Positions 1-8,065 of a stretch of DNA of 50,148 nucleotides are shown piece after piece. Source of the DNA: a virus (lineage: Duplodnaviria; Heunggongvirae; Uroviricota; Caudoviricetes); IMG/VR virus record IMGVR_UViG_3300032050_000035, one strand, 5' to 3'. How positions within the stretch are numbered: the first letter of the stretch is position 1; each line of letters opens with the position of its first letter. Under the pieces are notes generated by a model, which had not been told where the DNA came from, searched no databases, and was given only the letters and a program-made list of their open reading frames with translations. The position numbers were made by a program, and so were the translations under genes.

Positions 1-2
1 CA

Positions 3-140
3 GTAACTTTTATACAAATTGAGTCTTCTCATTTAATTCGACCAAATTTGATAGTTCAAACCATAGATGGTGTTGATTGGGTATTTGGTTCCGATGCTTT
101 TATGTTAGATAAAAATATTAACAATGATGAAAACAATTAA
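3..140 (+). CDS. 3' end of an ORF entering from the left edge (hypothetical)
   Basis: Open frame from nt 3 (VTFIQIESSHLIRPNLIVQTIDGVDWVFGSDAF...) to TAA 138-140, overlapping the next start; my translation. Confidence 0.35.
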   Translation, partial: VTFIQIESSHLIRPNLIVQTIDGVDWVFGSDAFMLDKNINNDENN

Positions 141-663
141 AACATACGAAGGTTTTTTTGACTTTTTCAAAAAGAAAAGATCTGAGGATGATAAAATCGT
201 AATGGATTATATCAAAAGATTAGAACGCCTAAAAAGTTATTTAGAAAAAGGTGGAGTTGCTCCTTATGATATAACAATTAATCTTAACGGTACTGAACCA
301 GGTGAACAATATTTTACAAGATATAGATTCCAATTTGATGATAGTCCTATAAGAATTGTTAAAGCTGAGGCTGATAGAAAATATAGACGAGGTTGGAGTG
401 AAGAAATTCAAAAACAATTTATTAACGATGATGGTGCGGTTAAGAAAAACAACAATGTATTTTATCAACTTTATATTGAGAATGCTGACGAATCGGTTAG
501 AGCTGATGTTGATCTTTTAGAAGAAATGCATGAGCTATCTGAATGGTGTTTTAAACAAAACAAAGAAAATAAAAGAATTAAAAAAATCAGAGGTAATATG
601 AATCCAGCAGCTGATTTATTAGATGATGATGTTTGGGGTAATACACCTTTAGATAAGAGATAA
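124..663 (+). CDS. Hypothetical protein with MKTIKTYEGFFDFFKKK leader (putative virion-internal protein)
   Basis: 179 aa ORF; N-terminus nearly identical to those of ORFs 3022 and 3660; start may be ATG 127. Confidence 0.8.
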   Translation: MMKTIKTYEGFFDFFKKKRSEDDKIVMDYIKRLERLKSYLEKGGVAPYDITINLNGTEPGEQYFTRYRFQFDDSPIRIVKAEADRKYRRGWSEEIQKQFINDDGAVKKNNNVFYQLYIENADESVRADVDLLEEMHELSEWCFKQNKENKRIKKIRGNMNPAADLLDDDVWGNTPLDKR

Positions 664-664
664 A

Positions 665-1027
665 CTAAATTAGTAAATCTCTTATCAATTTATCTCTCCT
701 TTTGGAAATATATCTACCATACCATTCATCATCTTCAAATTTTATAGTTGATTTTAATGTTAAGTTTATTTTATCTCCCTCAATCTCAATTTCTTTTGAA
801 TATATTTTATAAAATATTCTTTTCATTTTTATACCAAATCTACTTGAAATTTGACTATAATCAAATCTATCAGATTGACTCCAGCGAAAATCACAATCCG
901 GATCAAATTTTTTAGTCAATCGAATTAAAATTTCTACATCATCAATAAATATATCCTTATAAAATATAGGAACTTTATATTTAATATGATAAGTCTTATA
1001 ACTAACTTTATTTACCGTCAACTCCAC
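665..1027 (-). CDS. Hypothetical protein with C-terminal RDKLIRDLL motif
   Basis: 120 aa ORF, last of a minus-strand run; ends KRRDKLIRDLLI. Confidence 0.7.
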   Translation of the reverse strand: MELTVNKVSYKTYHIKYKVPIFYKDIFIDDVEILIRLTKKFDPDCDFRWSQSDRFDYSQISSRFGIKMKRIFYKIYSKEIEIEGDKINLTLKSTIKFEDDEWYGRYISKRRDKLIRDLLI

Positions 1028-1670
1028 TATCTATAGCACTTATTCTTGTTATTATATTCCACAAATCATTTATGTGTTTTCTATAAATGTCCTTTTCAAC
1101 AGGTCTTTGGTTTTCATCATACTTCTCGGCTAATTCTAACTTATGATGTATGATATCTAAGAAGTTATGAACTTTACAACCATTATGTATTGTATAATTT
1201 ATCTTTTCATCAGTTCCAATCAAGTCATAATCACAACTAAAACTATAACCTTTATAAACGCCATATGAATCATAACCTCTATAATTACCAGTATTTACAT
1301 TTATTGATAAAAAGTTTTTTTCATATACAACTTTATTTAAATTAAAAACACCACAAAACGAAATAAAGTTATCTCTACCTATAATAAAATCAAGATCATC
1401 CGGAACTCGACTAAATATATTTTGCCCTTTATATCTATAAGCCCTCAAAGCACTTGAACCAGTTAAAATAGAGTCCAGTTTCAATAAAGTATTTAAATAT
1501 TTTGCTCTCTTTGGATAAAATAATTTTTCAAAGAAATTATTGAAGTGACTAAATGGTAAATCACTTAATGTTATATTATTGTTGTTCTCTAATATTAACT
1601 TAAATTTAAGATCTCTTAAATAAGTTTTAACATCATTTAGTTTTTGTAAATCGCTCATATAAATATCCAA
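1008..1670 (-). CDS. Putative nucleotidyltransferase (Pol-beta superfamily-like)
   Basis: ILTGSSALRAY...RVPDDLDFII fits the hG[GS]...DxD NTase signature. Confidence 0.5.
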   Translation of the reverse strand: MDIYMSDLQKLNDVKTYLRDLKFKLILENNNNITLSDLPFSHFNNFFEKLFYPKRAKYLNTLLKLDSILTGSSALRAYRYKGQNIFSRVPDDLDFIIGRDNFISFCGVFNLNKVVYEKNFLSINVNTGNYRGYDSYGVYKGYSFSCDYDLIGTDEKINYTIHNGCKVHNFLDIIHHKLELAEKYDENQRPVEKDIYRKHINDLWNIITRISAIDSGVDGK

Positions 1671-2370
1671 TTATTATCCCAGTTAAAGCACCCGCAACGT
1701 GGGCTATATGTCCAATTCCATCTTTTTGGTGTCCTAATGAAATTATAAATTCATCTACAATAAAATAAAGTGGTATTAAAAAAGTCGGAAAGTTTATTTT
1801 ACCAATTTTATTGGTTATTTTCATTCCAACAAAAATACCCATTAGTCCATAAATAGAAGAAGAAGCTCCTGCTACAGTGGCTGTTAGTAAACCATCAAGA
1901 TATATTTGTAAAAAACCACCAATCGAACCACATATTAAATAAAAGATAATGAATTGTAAAGATTTCATTCTTCTTTCAATTGGTGGGCCAACTAAAAGTA
2001 ATACACACATATTATTTCTTAAATGTTCGGTACTGGCATGTATAAATTGATGTGTTATTAGTTTATCAAATGAAAACGAACCTAAACTCATTAGAAGTGG
2101 TTGAATTATTTGTGATGGTAGTAATAACTCACAATTAAATATAAAAAAGTTCATAGCAACTAAACCAATTACTATTGGAGTTATTGATCTTATACTTTTA
2201 TCGAAATTATCTACTTTTTTAGAAGTAAAGACAAATAGTGATGCGATAACAGGTGTTAATAACAAACTGATAAAGTATGTTATATTATAGCCTATCTTTC
2301 TCTTTTCACCTTCAAAACTTAATCTAACACAAAGAATTGAGTATAGAAAGGCTAATGTAAGTAAAATCAT
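1633..2370 (-). CDS. Rhomboid family intramembrane serine protease
   Basis: Multiple TM segments; HQFIHASTEHLRNNM (HxxxxHxxxN), GASS catalytic Ser, AHVAGALTG catalytic His. Confidence 0.88.
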   Translation of the reverse strand: MILLTLAFLYSILCVRLSFEGEKRKIGYNITYFISLLLTPVIASLFVFTSKKVDNFDKSIRSITPIVIGLVAMNFFIFNCELLLPSQIIQPLLMSLGSFSFDKLITHQFIHASTEHLRNNMCVLLLVGPPIERRMKSLQFIIFYLICGSIGGFLQIYLDGLLTATVAGASSSIYGLMGIFVGMKITNKIGKINFPTFLIPLYFIVDEFIISLGHQKDGIGHIAHVAGALTGIIIGYLYERFTKTK

Positions 2371-2534
2371 AAACCTCTTTCTCTATTATCAATAACTATT
2401 CTCATACAACCATGACAAACAACAACTGGTCCAGCTGGAGTCATAACTGGTTCTCTCTCACATTTAGATTCACACGGTTTTGTACCTTGTGGTGCGTAAT
2501 CTCTCAAAGATCTTCTTTTTTCTCTTTCTCTCAT
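2367..2534 (-). CDS. Small Cys-rich protein (55 aa), not in the ORF track
   Basis: My translation MREREKRRSLRDYAPQGTKPCESKCEREPVMTPAGPVVVCHGCMRIVIDNRERGL; TGA overlaps the rhomboid ATG (ATGA); promoter-like motif upstream. Confidence 0.65.
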   Translation of the reverse strand: MREREKRRSLRDYAPQGTKPCESKCEREPVMTPAGPVVVCHGCMRIVIDNRERGL

Positions 2535-2553
2535 GACTATAAGTTTTATTTTA

Positions 2554-2561
2554 CAAATATA
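2554..2561 (-). promoter_or_regulatory. Bacteroidota-type sigma-A -7 element (TATATTTG)
   Basis: Matches TAnnTTTG about 20 nt upstream of the 2534 start. Confidence 0.5.
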
Positions 2562-2599
2562 CGAATTTAATATATACGATAGAAAAAAAATATAATAAT

Positions 2600-3022
2600 A
2601 TGAAATACTTAAAGAAGTTTAATGAGAGTTTTGGTAGAACATTATTTGAGGACTTTGGTTCTAAAGACATTATTGATGATATAAAGAGTATATCATACAT
2701 ATTAGAAGATAAAGGATATGAATTAGGTGTTTATGAGTTTTCTCTTCATACGAATTGGGAAGATGTAATAACTATTAAAATAGAACTTTGGACTGAACAA
2801 TATGTAACTGGAGTTGGTGCTTTTACTGATAGCAGTCATGAAAATCTTATGAAAAAAGTGGAGTCTGATATTGATAACTACAAAACTCTTCTAATGGAAC
2901 ATTTAGACTATATACCATCAGATAAATTTCATGTAGGTAAAATAACTCATAGAATTGGGTCTCAAGTTTCATTTTCTAAAGAGAGTGTTCGTTTTGAATG
3001 TAAAATAAAAATAGATTTGTAA
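2600..3022 (+). CDS. Hypothetical protein with MKYLKKFNE leader
   Basis: 140 aa ORF; shares DIKSISYILEDKGY and EHLDYIPSD blocks with ORF 21373..22215. Confidence 0.8.
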   Translation: MKYLKKFNESFGRTLFEDFGSKDIIDDIKSISYILEDKGYELGVYEFSLHTNWEDVITIKIELWTEQYVTGVGAFTDSSHENLMKKVESDIDNYKTLLMEHLDYIPSDKFHVGKITHRIGSQVSFSKESVRFECKIKIDL

Positions 3023-3657
3023 TGAAAAATATTAAAACATATGAAGGTTTCTTTGACTTTTTTAAAAAGAAAAATAAAGAAGTAAGTAACGAACCTGTTT
3101 ATTTAGATGATATAAAAGAATGTCTTTATGATATAACAGAAGATACTAGATTTGATAATTCCTTAGATGGTACAATTGATGGAGTCTTCAACACTTATCG
3201 TGATGTTTTTAAAATTAAGAGTAATCTAAGTTTAGATTCTGATTATGAACAATTGGGTAATGATATAGAAGGATTACCTGAATATGTTAAAGATAATATG
3301 ATGGCTGTTAGAATTAGATATAAGAGAGAAGAAGAAGATGATAGATATTCGGGAGTAGATAAAGTTGGTGTATTAGATGATGATTTTAAGAGATTATTGG
3401 AAATTTGTGAATCCAAATTAAAAACATATAATTGTGAAGTTTCTTATTATGTTTGTATTGGTAATACACACTTAGTGAATGGTGCTAGTTGTATTCCGGA
3501 TGAGTTTAAATCAATTGATAAGTTATTTTATTTTTTACAAAATAGGAGAGAAATTTTAGGATCAGCTCGTCGTGATTCATCCGGTACTACATTTTTCATT
3601 CGAGGATCAATAAACTTAACTATGAAAATAACATCACCTTCAAAAATAATAGTATAA
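3022..3657 (+). CDS. Hypothetical protein with MKNIKTYEGFF leader; paralog of 3660..4178
   Basis: Shared EPVYLxDIKECLYDITED, KDNMxAVR, KRLLEICxSKLxTYxC, MKITxPSKIIV. Confidence 0.85.
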   Translation: MKNIKTYEGFFDFFKKKNKEVSNEPVYLDDIKECLYDITEDTRFDNSLDGTIDGVFNTYRDVFKIKSNLSLDSDYEQLGNDIEGLPEYVKDNMMAVRIRYKREEEDDRYSGVDKVGVLDDDFKRLLEICESKLKTYNCEVSYYVCIGNTHLVNGASCIPDEFKSIDKLFYFLQNRREILGSARRDSSGTTFFIRGSINLTMKITSPSKIIV

Positions 3658-3659
3658 AT

Positions 3660-4178
3660 ATGAAAAATATAAAAACATATGAAGGTTTCTTTGACTTCTT
3701 AAAAAAGAAAAAAAATTTAGAACCGGTGTATTTAGAGGATATAAAAGAATGTCTTTATGATATAACAGAAGATGAACCAAGAATTAAAAACTCTTTAGAT
3801 GGAAATGTTGATGGTATATTTAAAAGTTATGATGAGATATTTGGTATTAAAAATGGAAGAAGTATTGAATATTATGGGTCAATGGATCATATTAAAGATA
3901 ATATGATAGCGGTTAGACTTACTTATAATCTAAATGAAATTAGTAATGAAGAAGTTAAAAGATTATTAGAAATATGTTCTTCTAAATTAAGAACATATGA
4001 TTGTGTAGCAACTTTTTATTTATCATATGGTAGAGATGAAGGTAGAACAGATGATAAAGAATATAAATCAGTTGATAAATTATTCAATGCAATAAATAAA
4101 TATTACAGCTGGTCTGTTAGACAAAGAAATCCTAATATCGCAATGAAAATAACAGCACCTTCAAAAATAATAGTATAG
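3660..4178 (+). CDS. Hypothetical protein with MKNIKTYEGFF leader; paralog of 3022..3657
   Basis: Same conserved blocks as the upstream ORF; tandem arrangement. Confidence 0.85.
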   Translation: MKNIKTYEGFFDFLKKKKNLEPVYLEDIKECLYDITEDEPRIKNSLDGNVDGIFKSYDEIFGIKNGRSIEYYGSMDHIKDNMIAVRLTYNLNEISNEEVKRLLEICSSKLRTYDCVATFYLSYGRDEGRTDDKEYKSVDKLFNAINKYYSWSVRQRNPNIAMKITAPSKIIV

Positions 4179-4210
4179 TAAACCTAAATTACTTTTTTAA
4201 TATAATTATC

Positions 4211-4711
4211 ATGTATTTAAATAAAGATAGAAAAAATTGTACTCTATATTTTGTTAAATCAAACGATATAAATGATTTGATAAAAAGTAATAGTTTGGGG
4301 AGTGTGTATGATTTAGAGATTTTAAAAAGTGATTCAGATAGCATTAAATATGGTAGAGTTGAAACGCAGATAGTAGGTGCTCTTAGATATACAACCGATG
4401 AAGATATTAGTAGTTTTATCGAGAAAAGTGATATAATAGTTGAAGTAATTAAGAATAAAAGTAGTTATTCTTCTTTTCATTTAGAACCATCTTCTTCGAC
4501 AGAAGTTAGAATAATAATGTATGAACTTTTAAACTTTAGTGAGATAAAAGAATTTGAAAATATTGGTAGTATTGAAAGAAGACTTATAACAACAATTGAA
4601 ATTGAAATAAAACCAATAAAAGTAGTTGAAACGGAATCAAATAATATTTTAAGAGATATAAAGTCTTTAATACGTGATAATAAATTGGATAACTTATTAG
4701 GAAATTCCTAA
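4211..4711 (+). CDS. Hypothetical protein with C-terminal RDNKLDNLL motif
   Basis: 166 aa ORF ending SLIRDNKLDNLLGNS. Confidence 0.75.
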   Translation: MYLNKDRKNCTLYFVKSNDINDLIKSNSLGSVYDLEILKSDSDSIKYGRVETQIVGALRYTTDEDISSFIEKSDIIVEVIKNKSSYSSFHLEPSSSTEVRIIMYELLNFSEIKEFENIGSIERRLITTIEIEIKPIKVVETESNNILRDIKSLIRDNKLDNLLGNS

Positions 4712-5062
4712 ATTATTAAGTTTTTCGTCTCTTTCAGCAGATTTTAATAGATTTTCTATTTCAGAATCTTCAACACTAAGAAATTTTTTAAATGATTTTA
4801 TATTAGATATATTAACTACGAATTCATTTTCCCAAAAATCTTCTTCGTTATCAGGTCTTATAATATTTAAGGCTAAGCCTAATCTAGCTTTGTTAGCTCC
4901 ATATTGAACACCCCAATTTAAAATTGATAAAGTATTTACTTCACTACTTATAAACTTTTTAAAATCGGAAAAGTCTTTCATATACCAAGTCATTGGATGT
5001 ACGTTTAGAACCTCTCTAATACCGACAGTTCTTGATAATATGTTCAAAGATATGATTATCAT
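4697..5062 (-). CDS. Hypothetical protein with C-terminal RDEKLNNL motif
   Basis: 121 aa ORF ending SAERDEKLNNLGIS. Confidence 0.75.
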   Translation of the reverse strand: MIIISLNILSRTVGIREVLNVHPMTWYMKDFSDFKKFISSEVNTLSILNWGVQYGANKARLGLALNIIRPDNEEDFWENEFVVNISNIKSFKKFLSVEDSEIENLLKSAERDEKLNNLGIS

Positions 5063-5063
5063 A

Positions 5064-5429
5064 TTATATTATTTTATCTATATTAAAATTTCTTAATATG
5101 GCTTTTAATTCAGATACACTTTCTTGTATCTTTTCTGATTTAGTTATTCTACTAATATCTTGTTGTTTTTCAAACTCAGATTTAGCAAATCTCTCAGTTA
5201 AAACTTTTTTGTTATATTTAAACCATTCTTTTTGTAGAGTATTCGGCATACTACATATTTCAACTAGTTTATCCATAGTTTCAATTATATAGTAGTAGTT
5301 GTTATCTAATTCGAAAATTATATTACACTTTCTAACTATTGTATGATGTTCCCATGTATCGGAATAAGATACAATTCTCATTCCTTCTACTAAAAAACCA
5401 CCAGCTCCATTTTCGCCAATTAGTCCCAT
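5064..5429 (-). CDS. Hypothetical protein with C-terminal RNFNIDKII motif
   Basis: 121 aa ORF abutting the topoisomerase stop codon. Confidence 0.75.
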   Translation of the reverse strand: MGLIGENGAGGFLVEGMRIVSYSDTWEHHTIVRKCNIIFELDNNYYYIIETMDKLVEICSMPNTLQKEWFKYNKKVLTERFAKSEFEKQQDISRITKSEKIQESVSELKAILRNFNIDKII

Positions 5430-6769
5430 TACTTAAATTTCTTTTTTAATTCATTTAAGTCATCAAGATACATATCTTTAGGATCGGTTTCTTCTAACTT
5501 TTTAATATCTAACTTTTTATTTGTAAAATCTTCTTTCAATTTCTCAAATAATTCTTTAGTTAAAGAGTAGATTGGCATTCTTAATAAGTAGTCATAAGAA
5601 TCATCTATCTTATCCAACCCCATTTCTTCAATACCTTTTATGATATCTGGTTTAGAAACATTATTTACTTTTAACTTTTCATCTAAGATAGATTTAATAA
5701 ATCTACCTCTATTACTTAAAACTTTCAATTCGTGTTGCATTTTATCCAACATGAATTTCTTTCTTTTATGATAGTATGAAAGTCTGAAATTAACAAAGTA
5801 TTCAATTATATCAGATGAATTTTCAAATATCTTTAATTTACCCCATTCATCTAATGTTGAAAATATTTCAGTTGATGATTCTTCTAATTTTAAGAGTTTA
5901 ACTAATTTTTCATCGTCATATTTTTCTAAATCAGCTCTTGTAAACTTTATTGTATAATCAATGTTATCTTTACAATTATCATCATAAGAAACTATATCTT
6001 TATTATCACATAACTTATCTAATATTTCTTCATATTTCTCATAAGTCATTGACGGTGGTAATTCAGTAATTCTAACAGTTGATGTGTTAACTCTTTGAAA
6101 TTTTCCTTTTATAATCCATCTTCTATTGTTCTCTGGATCTTGTATAAACTCACCTGTAAACTCATTAAGTGATGGTTTTATTTCTTTTATAGATTTACCA
6201 TTTAATAAACTAATACAAGCATCTGTGACAGATTTAACATCTCTGTTTAATAGATTCGATGAGAATCCAACGGCAATACCAGAAGAACCATTTATTAAAA
6301 TAGTTGGTATAATTGGGAGAAAAAACTTAGGTTCAATTATTTCACCTTCTTCTTCTTTATATTCAAGTAGTTCAAAATCTTTATAAAGTAATTTAAAGTT
6401 ACCATTTAATTTAGTACCAATATATCTGGGAGCTCCAGCTTGTGGAGATCTCAATGAACCAAATTGACCAATCTCATCTAATAGAGGAGCATTGTTTTTG
6501 AATTTTTGGGCCATTGTAGTAATTGCGTTTTCTAACGATTGGTTACCGTGATGGTAGAAAGCGTCAGAAGCAACTTTACCGGCTAATTGGAATACTTTTA
6601 ATGGCTTCTCTGATCCTGTTTTCCATATTTGATTACAAACGTGTATAATCTTCCTGTGTGTTGGTTTAAAACCATCTACAACAGAAGGAATTGCTCTACC
6701 CTCAATAGAGTACATAGCGAATTCTTTATATTCGTTTGATAAAAATTCTGTAATACTTTTTTCAATCAT
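5429..6769 (-). CDS. Type IIA DNA topoisomerase, breakage-reunion subunit (T4 gp52-like, GyrA/ParC homolog)
   Basis: RAIPSVVDGFKPTHRKI, YHHG, GQFGS, AGAPRYI (catalytic Tyr), LPIIPTILINGSSGIAVGFS; 446 aa with no C-terminal pinwheel. Confidence 0.95.
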   Translation of the reverse strand: MIEKSITEFLSNEYKEFAMYSIEGRAIPSVVDGFKPTHRKIIHVCNQIWKTGSEKPLKVFQLAGKVASDAFYHHGNQSLENAITTMAQKFKNNAPLLDEIGQFGSLRSPQAGAPRYIGTKLNGNFKLLYKDFELLEYKEEEGEIIEPKFFLPIIPTILINGSSGIAVGFSSNLLNRDVKSVTDACISLLNGKSIKEIKPSLNEFTGEFIQDPENNRRWIIKGKFQRVNTSTVRITELPPSMTYEKYEEILDKLCDNKDIVSYDDNCKDNIDYTIKFTRADLEKYDDEKLVKLLKLEESSTEIFSTLDEWGKLKIFENSSDIIEYFVNFRLSYYHKRKKFMLDKMQHELKVLSNRGRFIKSILDEKLKVNNVSKPDIIKGIEEMGLDKIDDSYDYLLRMPIYSLTKELFEKLKEDFTNKKLDIKKLEETDPKDMYLDDLNELKKKFK

Positions 6770-6824
6770 AGAGTTATATATACAAAATCTTTTTTTTGTT
6801 TTCTATTTTTTTATATATAGAGTT

Positions 6825-7691
6825 ATGAAAAGAGTTAAAAATTATAACGAGTTTGTTAATGAAGGTATCTTCTTTAAGAAAGATGAATACTTGAGAGCTG
6901 AGTTAAATAAATTATATAATACTGATGAGAATAAAGTTAGATTACAAGAAATCATTAGTACTTTCAAGAATTTAAATAAATTACAATTAATTCATAAATT
7001 AAAAAGTTTAGGTTATTCAGAATATTTAATCGATGACAAGAAACTTTATAAAGAGTTTGAAAAGTTTAAAAAAACTGGTGAACCATTTGGTTTAGAAAAG
7101 TTATTATTAGGTGATGAGATACAAAGACAAATTGTTCTTTCCAAAAGAGGTCAGTTAAGTAGATACTTAATGGAACATGGTGAAGAATTCACTTTTGGTA
7201 TGTTAAGAGCTATTTTCAAAGATGCTAAAGACGCTAAAATCTTAATGGATACTAAAACAGCTTTTTATCAAGCACTTCCAAGAGCTATTCCTACAATCAT
7301 AGCACCTTTTTATCCAATTTTAGCAATTGTTGGTTTGGTTTTAGGAACATCCAGAACATTTAATAAGTTTTTGAAACCACTTTTTAAACATATTGATTCG
7401 GAATCTAAATATGTTGATTTCTTAAAGACGATGGTTAATTACTATATGAAAGTTCCGGAAGGTGATGTAAATGTAAAAGATCGTTTTTCGAGAGCTTTTG
7501 TTGTTACTGATAGATTAATAGATGCTGTTAAACCAGAAGTTATACAAGATTTTACAAATAAATTAATTATAAAAATGGATTCTGAACCGGATGATAAGCC
7601 GGTGCCAGATCACTATATTGAAAATCAATTGAAGACTTATCTGAATGATAATTTTGATGTTGATCCAGAAATACCATTAAAAATAGAATAA
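6825..7691 (+). CDS. Hypothetical protein with MKRVKNYNEFVNE leader and one hydrophobic segment
   Basis: 288 aa ORF; IPTIIAPFYPILAIVGLVLG hydrophobic stretch. Confidence 0.8.
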   Translation: MKRVKNYNEFVNEGIFFKKDEYLRAELNKLYNTDENKVRLQEIISTFKNLNKLQLIHKLKSLGYSEYLIDDKKLYKEFEKFKKTGEPFGLEKLLLGDEIQRQIVLSKRGQLSRYLMEHGEEFTFGMLRAIFKDAKDAKILMDTKTAFYQALPRAIPTIIAPFYPILAIVGLVLGTSRTFNKFLKPLFKHIDSESKYVDFLKTMVNYYMKVPEGDVNVKDRFSRAFVVTDRLIDAVKPEVIQDFTNKLIIKMDSEPDDKPVPDHYIENQLKTYLNDNFDVDPEIPLKIE

Positions 7692-7693
7692 TT

Positions 7694-8058
7694 ATGAAAT
7701 ATTTAAAGGGATATAATGAATCAATAAGGTTGTATGATTTGCAAGTCTTCAAAGGGAGAAAGAGAAATTATAAAACTTTTGAATAATTTAAATGTAAATT
7801 ATATACATCAAAAAAAAATTCAAAGATTGTAAATATTTATCAAATTTAATTTTTGATTTTTACTTACCAGATTATGATATTTGTATAGAGTATAATGGCG
7901 CACAGCATTATGAACCATTTGATTATTTTGGTGGAAAAGAATCTTTTGAATTAGTAGTTAAAAGAGATAAAATTAAAAAAAACTTTTGTAGAAAAAATAA
8001 TATTAAGTTATTTACAATATCATATAAAAAAAATATAGAAAAAGAGATAAAAAAATAA
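7694..8058 (+). pseudogene. Chimeric remnant: MKYLKGYNES leader joined to a frameshifted Vsr/DUF559-like endonuclease C-terminus
   Basis: 7694-7786 encodes a 30 aa peptide; 7728 onward reads GCMICKSSKGEREII...HQKK, then after a 9-A run (7810-7818) FKDCK...FDFYLPDYDICIEYNGAQHYEPFDYFGG...RDKIK...NNIKL to TAA 8058. Confidence 0.7.
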
Positions 8059-8065
8059 TAGAGAA

